A stretch of DNA of 32,000 nt from Thermodesulfobacteriota bacterium (GCA_026625185.1 CP113000.1:3012651-3044650), one strand, 5' to 3'; shown: positions 1 to 7,861, counted from the first letter of the stretch. Numbers and translations are program-made. The notes: a model not told the origin generated them from the sequence alone.

Positions 1-360
1 TATGTCGGCGGCTACGACGATTGGCTGAGACAGCGGAATATGACCGTGGAACCCGTGAAGTCGACCCCTCCAAAAAATCCGAAACAAAAGAAGGAAAAAT
101 CCCCGAAGGAGAAGACGAAACTCTCCTTTAAAGAGACCCGGGAGCTTGAAACCCTGCCATTGATCATCGAAACCTTGGAGGAAGAGAAAAAGCGCCTAAC
201 CGAAACCCTCAATTCCTCTGAATTCTATGCCAGCCGCGATCTGGGCAAGATAAATGCGGCTAACGATCGGTTAGGCGCCCTGGAAAAGGAGCTTGATGAA
301 GCCTATTACCGCTGGGATGAGCTTGAAAACATGGCTGCCAAATTCAGGGACAATCCTTAA
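1..360 (+). CDS. ABC-F family ATPase, C-terminal end only (5' truncated by window edge), Uup-like basic linker plus coiled-coil tail
   Basis: Frame 1 is open from base 1 (YVGGYDDWLRQR, typical end of an ABC-F NBD2). It runs through a Lys-rich stretch (PKNPKQKKEKSPKEK) and a Leu/Glu-rich helical tail to TAA at 358-360. Confidence 0.6.
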   Translation, partial: YVGGYDDWLRQRNMTVEPVKSTPPKNPKQKKEKSPKEKTKLSFKETRELETLPLIIETLEEEKKRLTETLNSSEFYASRDLGKINAANDRLGALEKELDEAYYRWDELENMAAKFRDNP

Positions 361-383
361 GTGACATTGCGACCTCACCGGAT

Positions 384-1997
384 ATGAACGGCGGAACGCG
401 AAAACCAAAAAAAAAGCGAATCATAATGACTAAAACATCCAAACCAATCGAAATTGACTTCAATCCCGAATTCCAGCGGGCGCTCGCGCTGATGGAAGAC
501 ACAGCCCAAAACCTGCTGATTACCGGCCGCGCGGGCACGGGCAAATCTACACTCCTTAATTATTTTCGCGATCATACGAAGAAAAAAGTAGTCGTGCTGG
601 CTCCAACCGGCGTAGCGGCAATCAATGTTGCCGGCCAGACGATTCATTCTTTCTTTCATTTTAAACCCAGTGTTACCCTGGCATCGATCAAAAAGAAAAA
701 GAGCGCGGCAAAAGAAAAGACTACTCTTTATAAAAAGCTCACCACCATTATTATCGACGAAATTTCGATGGTGCGGGCTGATCTGCTGGATTGCGTTGAT
801 AAATTTCTGCGGCTCAACGGCCCGAAGCAAAAAAAGCCTTTTGGCGGCGTGCAGATGATCTTCATCGGCGATCTCTATCAGCTCCCGCCCGTCGTTACCA
901 GCCAGGAAAGGGAAATCTTCCGGACGCACTATCCCAACCCTTATTTTTTCAGCGCCAAGGTAGGGGAGACACTGGATTTGGAATTTATCGAGCTGGAAAA
1001 GGTGTATCGCCAGAAAGATGATGAGTTTATCCGGCTGCTCAATGCTATCCGCAACCGTACCGTAACGGATGCTGATCTGGCTCTCTTCAACCGCCGCTGT
1101 GACCCGGGTTTTTCTCCCCCTGCCGGTGATTTTTATCTTTCGCTCACCAGCACGAACGATCTGGCCGACACGATCAACGCAAAACGTCTGGCGGAGCTGC
1201 CGGGTAAAATCTGGAATGCCAGCGGCGTGATCGAAGGCGATTTCGGCAAGGAATATCTGCCGACCGCGGTTGATCTTAAACTGAATAAAGGCGCGCAAAT
1301 CATGCTTCTCAATAACGATTCCTACGGCCAGTGGATCAACGGCACGATTGGAGAGGTTAAAAAATTTGAAACGGATGATGAGGGAAACGAGGTGATTGTC
1401 GCCGAACTGGATAATGGTGAGAAGGCGCACATCACTCCCTATACCTGGAAAATATACCATTTCTTTCTGAAAAACGAGGAGCTGCGCTCCGAAGAAGTCG
1501 GCTCGTTCACGCAATATCCGATACGTTTGGCTTTTGCGGTGACCATCCATAAAAGTCAGGGAAAAACATTTGAAAAGGTTATCATTGATGTGGGACGCGG
1601 CACCTTCGCCCACGGGCAAATATACGTGGCCCTTTCCCGCTGTACCTCGTTGGAAAGCATTGTCCTGAAGCAACAATTAAAGAAAAGCCATATCCTGATG
1701 GATTGGCAGGTGGTCAAGTTTTTAACCGGCATGCAATACGCCCGGGCGGCAATTCATTTATCACGCGAAGATAAGCTTAACCTTATCAATGACGCCATTA
1801 AACAAAAGAAAAATCTCGACATTGTTTATCTCAAAGCAAAAGACGAAAAATCACGGCGTACGATACTGCCGCTGTTTATGGGCGACATGGAATACAACGG
1901 GACCCATTACCTGGGGCTGCAAGCCTATTGCCTGACGCGCCGGCAGAAACGTATTTTCAATGTCGATAGAATCCTCGAAATAAGCAGCTCAGCATAA
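384..1997 (+). CDS. PIF1/RecD-like SF1B DNA helicase with C-terminal WYL-like domain
   Basis: Walker A GRAGTGKST, Walker B IIIDEISMV, and SF1B late motifs VTIHKSQGKTF and YVALSRC. The C-terminal tail IVYLKAKDEKSRRTILPLFMGDMEYNGTHYLGLQAYCLTRRQKRIFNVDRILEI fits the WYL pattern (HYL in place of WYL, then R-x-F-x-V-D-R-I). The start could be ATG 384 or ATG 426; neither has a clear SD. Confidence 0.85.
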   Translation: MNGGTRKPKKKRIIMTKTSKPIEIDFNPEFQRALALMEDTAQNLLITGRAGTGKSTLLNYFRDHTKKKVVVLAPTGVAAINVAGQTIHSFFHFKPSVTLASIKKKKSAAKEKTTLYKKLTTIIIDEISMVRADLLDCVDKFLRLNGPKQKKPFGGVQMIFIGDLYQLPPVVTSQEREIFRTHYPNPYFFSAKVGETLDLEFIELEKVYRQKDDEFIRLLNAIRNRTVTDADLALFNRRCDPGFSPPAGDFYLSLTSTNDLADTINAKRLAELPGKIWNASGVIEGDFGKEYLPTAVDLKLNKGAQIMLLNNDSYGQWINGTIGEVKKFETDDEGNEVIVAELDNGEKAHITPYTWKIYHFFLKNEELRSEEVGSFTQYPIRLAFAVTIHKSQGKTFEKVIIDVGRGTFAHGQIYVALSRCTSLESIVLKQQLKKSHILMDWQVVKFLTGMQYARAAIHLSREDKLNLINDAIKQKKNLDIVYLKAKDEKSRRTILPLFMGDMEYNGTHYLGLQAYCLTRRQKRIFNVDRILEISSSA

Positions 1998-2038
1998 CGA
2001 TCAACATCAACCGTTAGTATTCATCGCTTATAAATCCA
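1888..2038 (+). repeat. Direct repeat copy A: last ~37 codons of the helicase gene plus ~40 nt downstream
   Basis: 1888-1937 is identical to 3466-3515 (50/50), and 1939-1976 is identical to 3517-3554. The remainder to ~2038 / ~3626 aligns with about 10 mismatches by hand alignment. Confidence 0.9.
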
Positions 2039-2076
2039 TCGTATTTTCAGTAGGTGTCGGTTTTACGGGGGAAAGA

Positions 2077-2826
2077 TCAACCTGACCCTGTTGCCCTCTC
2101 ACTGCTGTCTTTGAACGGCAGGCGGGGCTCGCCGCCACCGGGGGGCAGGATGTTCTTGTTCTCCGAAGCGACCCATATAAAACGTGACTGCGCTTTACTT
2201 CCCCTGTAGGCGGGAACCCGGAAACAGCGCACATGGAAGCCGCAATTTATCAAGCGCTGCTCGAATTCCTTATTCGGCTCAGCCGACCACACCGCCAAAC
2301 ACCCCTGTTGGCGCAACGCGCGTAGACTGGCGAGAACTCCTTCACGCCCGTAAAGCCGGCCGTTCCCCGAATCGGTCATCGCGCGAGGACCATTATCGAT
2401 ATCCAGCAGGATCGCGTCGAATCCGCTCTTGGAAAGTGAGATAAGTTCGACGATATCTCCTGTCTTGAGGTCAACTCGTTTGTCCCTTAGCGGGTGGCCG
2501 TTGAGTTCCCCGAGATACCCACGATTCCATTCGACTACCGCACCCAACAGCTCACCCACCACCACGTGGCCGTGGGGGCTGAGCATATCGAGAGCCTGGC
2601 GCAAGGTATAGCCCATTCCCAGGCCGCCGATGAGTATGCGGGGTGACTTGCGACCGGCCAGATGCGCACAACCCAGACGCGCCAGCTCCAGTTCTGACTC
2701 ATGTTGGCGACTGAGCATCAAATCCTGACCGTTAATTGTAATCCAGAAATCATGGTCATGCCGATAAAGCACCATCTCGCCTCCGTCCGGAGTCCGGACT
2801 GAAGCTATTCTTACTTTCGGTTTCAT
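2077..2826 (-). CDS. Spermidine-synthase-like class I SAM-dependent methyltransferase fold protein
   Basis: 249-aa ORF. It has a glycine-rich SAM-type loop ILIGGLGMGYT, acidic motifs VVVGEL and ILLDIDNGP, and a short N-terminal beta-hairpin region as in PABS-like proteins. It is visibly more G+C-rich than the flanks. Confidence 0.7.
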   Translation of the reverse strand: MKPKVRIASVRTPDGGEMVLYRHDHDFWITINGQDLMLSRQHESELELARLGCAHLAGRKSPRILIGGLGMGYTLRQALDMLSPHGHVVVGELLGAVVEWNRGYLGELNGHPLRDKRVDLKTGDIVELISLSKSGFDAILLDIDNGPRAMTDSGNGRLYGREGVLASLRALRQQGCLAVWSAEPNKEFEQRLINCGFHVRCFRVPAYRGSKAQSRFIWVASENKNILPPGGGEPRLPFKDSSERATGSG

Positions 2827-2855
2827 GGTGGCATCCTAATAGTGACAATTTCCAA

Positions 2856-2955
2856 GGTAGTCAAGTTTTTAATTGGCATGCACTATGCCAGCGAAATTAA
2901 GCTCAAAATTATAAATGAAGCCATTATTTTTATAATCTCAATTAGGATATCAAGG
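2856..2955 (+). pseudogene. Diverged fragment homologous to helicase codons around 1709-1838 (VVKFLIGMHYASEIKLKIINEAII vs VVKFLTGMQYARAAIHLSREDKLNLINDAIK)
   Basis: Hand alignment: 2856-2889 vs 1709-1742 has 29/34 identical. A 21-nt in-frame gap follows, then 2899-2926 vs 1773-1800 has 23/28 identical, with weaker similarity to ~2955. It lies in the yciH-methyltransferase spacer. Confidence 0.55.
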
Positions 2956-2963
2956 TTCTCCAA

Positions 2964-3329
2964 TCACCCACCGGAGAGTTTGACCGTATATCCTAATGCG
3001 GATAGCTCTTTCATAAGTAAATTTCTCTGATCGCCTTGAATCTCAATAACTCCCGATTTGACGGTACCCCCTGTTCCACATTTTTGTTTAAGTTGTTTTG
3101 CCAGTTGTTTAAGTGACTGCTTATCAAGAGGAACACCTGTAATCACCGTCATGCCTGAACCTTTTCGGCCCTTGGTTTCTCGCCCCACTCTTACAATGCC
3201 ATCATGGGGTATTCCATGTTTATTAATATGGCAAACACACTGGGCAATCGGTTTACCACAAGAAGGGCAGCCTTTTCCAAACTCAGTGGAATACACGACC
3301 TCCGTATTTTTACTTTTGTTTGATTTCAT
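2964..3329 (-). CDS. yciH: SUI1-family translation initiation factor / stress-response protein YciH
   Basis: 121 aa. VYSTEFG, GRKGSGMTVITG and KCGTGGTVKSGVIEIQGDQRNLL...KLSGG closely parallel E. coli YciH (VYSTETG, GRKGKGVCLITG, KCGCGGAVKDGVIEIQGDKRDLL...KLAGG). Confidence 0.9.
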   Translation of the reverse strand: MKSNKSKNTEVVYSTEFGKGCPSCGKPIAQCVCHINKHGIPHDGIVRVGRETKGRKGSGMTVITGVPLDKQSLKQLAKQLKQKCGTGGTVKSGVIEIQGDQRNLLMKELSALGYTVKLSGG

Positions 3330-3378
3330 TGATCCTTATCTGGGTTTTTATCGTCCTTTATTAAAAAAAGTTCTTGTC

Positions 3379-3407
3379 TTCATATCAGGGGAAAAGTATT
3401 CTGTCAA
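3379..3407 (-). promoter_or_regulatory. Sigma70-like promoter for yciH (TTGACA-17 nt-TATGAA on minus strand)
   Basis: On the minus strand, ttgaca (3407-3402), a 17-nt spacer, then tatgaa (3384-3379), about 50 nt upstream of the yciH ATG. Confidence 0.45.
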
Positions 3408-3465
3408 ATGTTTACCCCGTGAAGATTTGCTTCACTTGGGGTGTAGGCCTCACCCTTGTGTTCCC

Positions 3466-3626
3466 TGGAATACAACGGGACCCATTACCTGGGGCTGCAA
3501 GCCTATTGCCTGACGGGCCGGCAGAAACGTATTTTCAATGTCGATAGAATCCTCCAAATAAGCATACCAGCATAACGACCACCATCAGCCGATAGTAATC
3601 ATCCCTTGTAAATCCATCGTATTTTT
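3466..3626 (+). repeat. Direct repeat copy B: orphan copy of the helicase 3' end (would encode LEYNGTHYLGLQAYCLTGRQKRIFNVDRILQISIPA*)
   Basis: See copy A. The reading frame is closed upstream by TAG about 7 codons before the homology, so it is not part of an intact gene. Confidence 0.9.
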
Positions 3627-3890
3627 TTTAAAATTTCCTTCCGTTCGTTTCACCGGAGGGGAGGGTGCCACAAAAGTTATCGTTGACGGGTTAATGCACG
3701 AGGGTAAATGGATTAACCTGAAGGACAATAATATCGAACATCCCGTAGAACTTGTTGTTTACCGGCGTTAGGCCTCGCGCATAATCAACGAAAATAGTTT
3801 GGTCCTTATGGCTGTGCCGCTATCCGAATGTAAATAAATAAAGAGAGTCTCCAAAGCCCCCCCAAGAATGTTTTTCTTTTACCGACGTGA

Positions 3891-4652
3891 TTATTTGAGC
3901 GTGTTATTGATAATATCGGTTGATGCGTCCTGGGCTAGGATATTTGATATCCGATTCATTTCGTTAATAAATGTATTAGGTGAACTCGCACTCGTGCCGA
4001 GGTTCTGGGTAAGCAGGGGTTTAGTAAATTCATAATCCTTAACCACCTTCCCATTTTTTAAAAATGCGCTGTTCCCGTGAATGGTCAAATTGAGGTGATT
4101 GATCGGCTCTTCCCAGACAGAAACGTTGATGATTTTAATTTTCAGGGTATTTTGCACTGATGATTGCGAAGCGCAGGTTGGTGTGTAGCAGGTGGTATAA
4201 TGTTTTATATTAGTTTTTATTGCGGATTCAAAGATTCTAGAAAAAATATTTCCAAATGGTATGATAATTCTGGTTTTGGTCAATTTTGGACTCGTGGTAA
4301 CTCCTACGCCTCCTCCGGTACTCGTATGGCCACCTGAGCCACCCGCAACCCCAACAGAAAACCTGACCGGCCAAGACCTTGAAGAGTCAGGGGTGAATCC
4401 AATTTGGCTTGATTCTTTAACATCCCAAAAGGGGCCAACAGCATTATCCCAAACTGTTTCATTTAATGGTTTTCCTGGGATCACCTCTTCAAATAGTATG
4501 GTGATATCATCCACACCAATAACTGACAACTGTTGGCTATAGGGTGTTATTACTAACGGTGCTCGGCGTGGATTTGAGGAGGTGCACGATGTGATAAAAG
4601 TCATCAGAAAAATAAGACATATTGCGAAGAGTATAATTTTGTTCCGTTTCAT
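3891..4652 (-). CDS. Hypothetical lipoprotein
   Basis: 253-aa ORF with signal peptide MKRNKIILFAICLIFLMTFITSC (lipobox-like ITSC), a Gly-rich internal stretch GGSGGHTSTGGGVG, and an A-rich SD region upstream. No family recognised. Confidence 0.7.
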   Translation of the reverse strand: MKRNKIILFAICLIFLMTFITSCTSSNPRRAPLVITPYSQQLSVIGVDDITILFEEVIPGKPLNETVWDNAVGPFWDVKESSQIGFTPDSSRSWPVRFSVGVAGGSGGHTSTGGGVGVTTSPKLTKTRIIIPFGNIFSRIFESAIKTNIKHYTTCYTPTCASQSSVQNTLKIKIINVSVWEEPINHLNLTIHGNSAFLKNGKVVKDYEFTKPLLTQNLGTSASSPNTFINEMNRISNILAQDASTDIINNTLK

Positions 4653-4722
4653 TTCTCTCTTTTTTCTTTTTTAGGTATTTATGGTTATCTTGATTAGGAT
4701 AAGACTGTTTTTTTTATGAATT

Positions 4723-4742
4723 TTATAATTTTATGGACGTCC
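4723..4742 (-). promoter_or_regulatory. GGACGTCC palindrome plus TATAAA -10-like box upstream of the lipoprotein gene
   Basis: The minus strand reads ggacgtcc-ataaaat-tataaa, about 70 nt upstream of ATG 4652. It is near-identical to the motif at 7213-7232 on the plus strand. Confidence 0.35.
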
Positions 4743-4952
4743 CTTCGATGGTGCCTTTGAAGTTGATTCTACCTCAATACTGTGCCTGCGCATCACCTGC
4801 TAACGCTTCCCCACGCCATCGCTGGTCGTCGAGGCATAGCTTGGTGCCGGAGCGGATCGCTGATCCTTACTCCGTAAAGGACTTGGCGTGTTTTACTTCA
4901 ATGCCTCACCTTCTATCTCATGCCGGTTTTTACCGGCGCTTTCTGGACGTCC
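4735..4952. other. G+C-richer non-coding island closed by two TGGACGTCCC copies; candidate structured RNA or operator-bracketed regulatory region
   Basis: tggacgtccc occurs at 4734-4743 and 4944-4953. Internal complementary pairs: 4746-4751/4816-4821, 4757-4763/4895-4901 and 4831-4837/4901-4907. Local hairpins at 4854-4865 and 4922-4937. Stops in all frames on the minus strand. Confidence 0.3.
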
Positions 4953-5096
4953 CCTTAGCCTCCCTACAACAATGCCTTCGGCAACGTATTAGTACACGTT
5001 CTGCAACCTCTCTTGTAAATTCTTTCCTGCTCATATCAATCATTTATATTTTCACTTATAATAATGCCTATACTAATCCTCATAAGCCACCAATAA

Positions 5097-5175
5097 AATC
5101 CTCCTCAATCCCCCTTTAAAAAAGGGGGATGAAGAAAAGTTTCCCCACTTTTTTAAAGGGGAGTCAGAGGGGTTG
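5097..5175. repeat. Inverted pair of REP-like palindromic units (tccccctttaaaaaaggggga type)
   Basis: Unit 5097-5130 (aatcctcctcaatccccctttaaaaaagggggat). Unit 5141-5175 in reverse complement reads caacccctctgactcccctttaaaaaagtggggaa. Both resemble 6741-6773. Confidence 0.6.
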
Positions 5176-5321
5176 TATTTTTTTGCCTTCCCTAAGTTAT
5201 TACTCAACAGGGAAAAAGTCAAGCAAAGCCGTTGTTTTTTTAATAGGAGAGTTGAGGTCAGAGATTGCATTGTTCTTCCCGGTGACGAACAAAAACACGC
5301 ATGGTCGCAACATATTTATTT

Positions 5322-6125
5322 TCAAATATCCTTATTATCATTTATTTTACCTTTTACCACCGGTTTAACATGCTGATCAGCCGCTGAAGTAGACTGTCGG
5401 CTGGATTTGTTGTTTGTGAGATCTACGAATTTTCTAATTGCGGTAAGTGATGCTTGAGGTTGAGCTTGAAGAATGAAATGAGGCCCCTTTATCTTTGTGA
5501 CCCTCAAATCAGAAATACTTTTAGTGAAATCAAATATGGATGATGCGGGAACGGATCTATCGGAAGTGGCTTGAATATACAAGCAAGGAATAGTCAACTT
5601 TGGAAGCCATTCACGAACATCAACCTGGCTTATGACTTTGAGCCTATGGACAAGTGTCCTTGCAGGCACCAGGTATTTCACCCTTTGCCACATTGTAAGG
5701 AACAAGTCAGCGTCTTCTTCACCCCCTTCTATCACATGCTTCAGTAAAAACCTGGGAAATTGAAGTCTCATTAAAAGCTCAAGGGGAAAATAACGGATGA
5801 TTTTCAATAAAACCGGTCTTGGAGACTTTGCAAAGGTTGAACAGAGGATTAAGCATTTTGCTTTAAGGTGACCGGAACCTACAAGTACAATCGCCACCGG
5901 CCCGGAGAAAGATTCGGCTACGACTATTACCTCATTCTGATCAGATTGGATCTGCTCTTTGGCACACCGAACGGTTTCCTCAAAACTAAGGAGCTTATTC
6001 GTTGGATATCGAATTATTTTTACATTAATATCTTGAGGTAGAACTTTTCCCAAAGGTTCGAATGAGATGCCGGTGCCATCTATCCCGGGTAGAAAAACGA
6101 TAGTTTGTCCACTTAGCGGGTGCAT
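5322..6125 (-). CDS. Alpha/beta-fold hydrolase
   Basis: 267 aa. N-terminal oxyanion-type FLPGIDGTG, a nucleophile-elbow-like VVAESFSGPVA, and a C-terminal GPHF motif typical of the catalytic His region. Confidence 0.75.
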   Translation of the reverse strand: MHPLSGQTIVFLPGIDGTGISFEPLGKVLPQDINVKIIRYPTNKLLSFEETVRCAKEQIQSDQNEVIVVAESFSGPVAIVLVGSGHLKAKCLILCSTFAKSPRPVLLKIIRYFPLELLMRLQFPRFLLKHVIEGGEEDADLFLTMWQRVKYLVPARTLVHRLKVISQVDVREWLPKLTIPCLYIQATSDRSVPASSIFDFTKSISDLRVTKIKGPHFILQAQPQASLTAIRKFVDLTNNKSSRQSTSAADQHVKPVVKGKINDNKDI

Positions 6126-6231
6126 CTTATTTCCCCTTAGCTTTATAACGCAGAGATGAGCGACCGCACTGCTTAAGCCAGGTCATAATTTCTTTGCGTA
6201 ATCCGCCCTGCTTTGAAAATCAATCACTACT

Positions 6232-6507
6232 TCACCTTCGACTGTATTGAAGTCCACCACCACCCCAATGACCAGCGTCAACCACAATGGCGACCATAAA
6301 AAGCGCCAGCCAGCCACCTGACAACGTGTGATTGCTGTTCAGCATGGCCGCCAAATAAGCGAGGGTTGTATACGGCATGAACACGAACCCCAAAAGCGGC
6401 CACAGTCGGGTTTGAAACGCTCGTCCGAACCAGTTCGTCAGCAGAAAAGCGAGGAACATCAGGACCCGCGGCACAGCCAAGGCGAGAACTACATATATGC
6501 ATCCCAT
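6232..6507 (-). CDS. Small integral membrane protein (3 predicted hydrophobic segments)
   Basis: 91 aa with a strong SD (aaggag) 6-7 nt upstream of ATG 6507 and hydrophobic helices. The alternative overlapping ORFs lack an SD. Confidence 0.6.
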   Translation of the reverse strand: MGCIYVVLALAVPRVLMFLAFLLTNWFGRAFQTRLWPLLGFVFMPYTTLAYLAAMLNSNHTLSGGWLALFMVAIVVDAGHWGGGGLQYSRR

Positions 6508-6740
6508 CTCTTTTCTCCTTTATTAGCGAACAATGTTTATACTGATCCGTATAAGACACCAAACACCATTCCAGTGTCAGTGTAAGATATCAGTGATAAA
6601 ACGAACATTGTTATGGTTCTGCCACAAAACAAAAAAAGGCTCGTCACCTTTATATCCGGTAATTTGGCCTTATTTAATAGTCTCATCAAACATGGAAGCT
6701 CCTCCCATCGGGCGTTCCCGTTCAAAATAAAGTTACTACG

Positions 6741-6773
6741 AACCCCCTCAGTCCCCCTTTACCAAAGGGGGAG
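6741..6773 (+). repeat. REP-like palindromic unit, third copy
   Basis: aaccccctcagtccccctttaccaaagggggag; stem cccccttt/aaaggggg. Confidence 0.55.
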
Positions 6774-7199
6774 GTAATTGCTTCATGAAGTGGAGTTTGA
6801 GCCTGCCCTGGTTCGACTTGGTCGACATTATATCTCAATCTAAGAAAGCCCCATTTGACCAGCCTGCCTCGCACTTCAGAAAGATAGGTCTGGGCCAGGG
6901 GGTTTTTTTTACGTTACGTTAAAGCTAACCAAACGAAATGTCAAGGAAAAAACATAAAGTGAACAAAAAAATAACCAGCGCGAGGAACTATCAACCGGGG
7001 GGTTAACTTGATAGACATTCCTTATTTCCTTGGGAAGTATTTTACATTGCTGATATTTTTAAGATCCGAATCCTGCGTCCAGATGATGGCATTGGGCCAA
7101 GCAGCAGGGCGAAGCAGCAGGGTCGCATCTTAATTATTAATTGTTGACAAAATCCTTTTCGTTTAATTAGACTGCCGGGAACGTAACGCAGAACGTAAT

Positions 7200-7232
7200 G
7201 GACGTACTGAGAGGACGTCCAAAAATTATAAC
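7200..7232 (+). promoter_or_regulatory. Tandem GGACGTAC / GGACGTCC sites followed by a TATAAC -10-like box upstream of the DUF1353 gene
   Basis: ggacgtac (7200-7207), ggacgtcc (7213-7220), aaaaat, tataac (7227-7232), about 55 nt upstream of ATG 7286. Also gaacgtaa x2 direct repeats at 7171-7198. Confidence 0.35.
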
Positions 7233-7285
7233 CTTCTTAAAAACAAATCACGATAAACACGCTTAAAACTTTTCGGGAGTTTTTT

Positions 7286-7843
7286 ATGAGCAAGCACGGA
7301 TCATTTTCAGGAAATCCAAAAACCGAATGGCTCGTGGACAAAAAAGGGGCGGATCGTGATATGGCTCTTATTGAAGAGTTCTGGTATCTCGATCCAGAAG
7401 GGAAAAAATGGATTGTTCCAAAGGGAAGCGTCATTAATGGCGCCAGTATTCCGCGGCCTTTGTGGTCTACTGTCGGCAGTCCTTATACCGATGATTATCG
7501 CCGCGCATCAATCATTCACGATGTCGCCTGCAATGATCCATACGTTAAAAGGAAAGATGCTGATGTCATGTTTTATAATGCCTGCCTGGCGGGCGGATGT
7601 TCCTTTGTCCAGGCAAAATTGCTGTACGCGGGCGTCCGTATCGGCGCATGGTCAAGCGCATCCTTAAATTCTGATTCTTTTACAAAAGAAAAAATGCTCT
7701 TTCGAGTTCCTTTCAAACCATCCTCGGATGAGCAGTTTCTCCAAAGTAAGTTTCAGGAGATTGCCAATGAGCTGACGACCCTCAAAGAAGAAGCTTCAAT
7801 CGCTGAGCTTGATGCGGTGATCAACAAGCATGTCAAGCTCTAA
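7286..7843 (+). CDS. DUF1353 domain protein with C-terminal helical extension
   Basis: FWYLDPEGKKWIVPKGSVINGASIPRPLWS...YRRASIIHDVAC...KDADVMFYNA matches the DUF1353 signature as I remember it (F-x-x-x-D-x-x-G...VP-x-G-x-x-DGASIP...HD). SD gggag upstream. Confidence 0.7.
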   Translation: MSKHGSFSGNPKTEWLVDKKGADRDMALIEEFWYLDPEGKKWIVPKGSVINGASIPRPLWSTVGSPYTDDYRRASIIHDVACNDPYVKRKDADVMFYNACLAGGCSFVQAKLLYAGVRIGAWSSASLNSDSFTKEKMLFRVPFKPSSDEQFLQSKFQEIANELTTLKEEASIAELDAVINKHVKL

Positions 7844-7861
7844 CGAGGCCACCAACTCGAA

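Noticed and set aside
375-1676. 433-aa ORF on the minus strand, antisense to the helicase gene
   Set aside because: It is a mirror ORF of a well-supported gene. It has no recognisable motifs or SD, and its composition is typical of antisense translation.
3058-3513. 151-aa plus-strand ORF overlapping yciH
   Set aside because: It is antisense to a gene with unmistakable YciH/SUI1 motifs. Its own sequence is Cys/Pro/Leu-rich and not protein-like.
3562-3768. Start-less reading frame ending ...FTGGEGATKVIVDGLMHEGKWINLKDNNIEHPVELVVYRR*
   Set aside because: The last ~40 residues look protein-like and might be a gene remnant. However, there is no start codon or SD, the frame runs through the repeat copy, and I recognise no family. 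Evidence is insufficient to call it.
4733-5119. 128-aa plus-strand ORF
   Set aside because: It is Ser/Pro/Arg/His-rich and has no SD. It spans the GC-rich structured island and continues into AT-rich spacer and a REP unit, so it was treated as non-coding.
6278-6585. Alternative ORFs (94 aa minus, 85 aa plus) overlapping the small membrane protein gene
   Set aside because: Only the 6232-6507 frame has a strong SD and coherent hydrophobic helices.
6805-6911. Possible sRNA terminator at ccagggggtttttttt
   Set aside because: There is no adjacent stem. The only complement (ccctgg at ~6808) is 85 nt away and only 6 bp, so the T-run alone is not enough.
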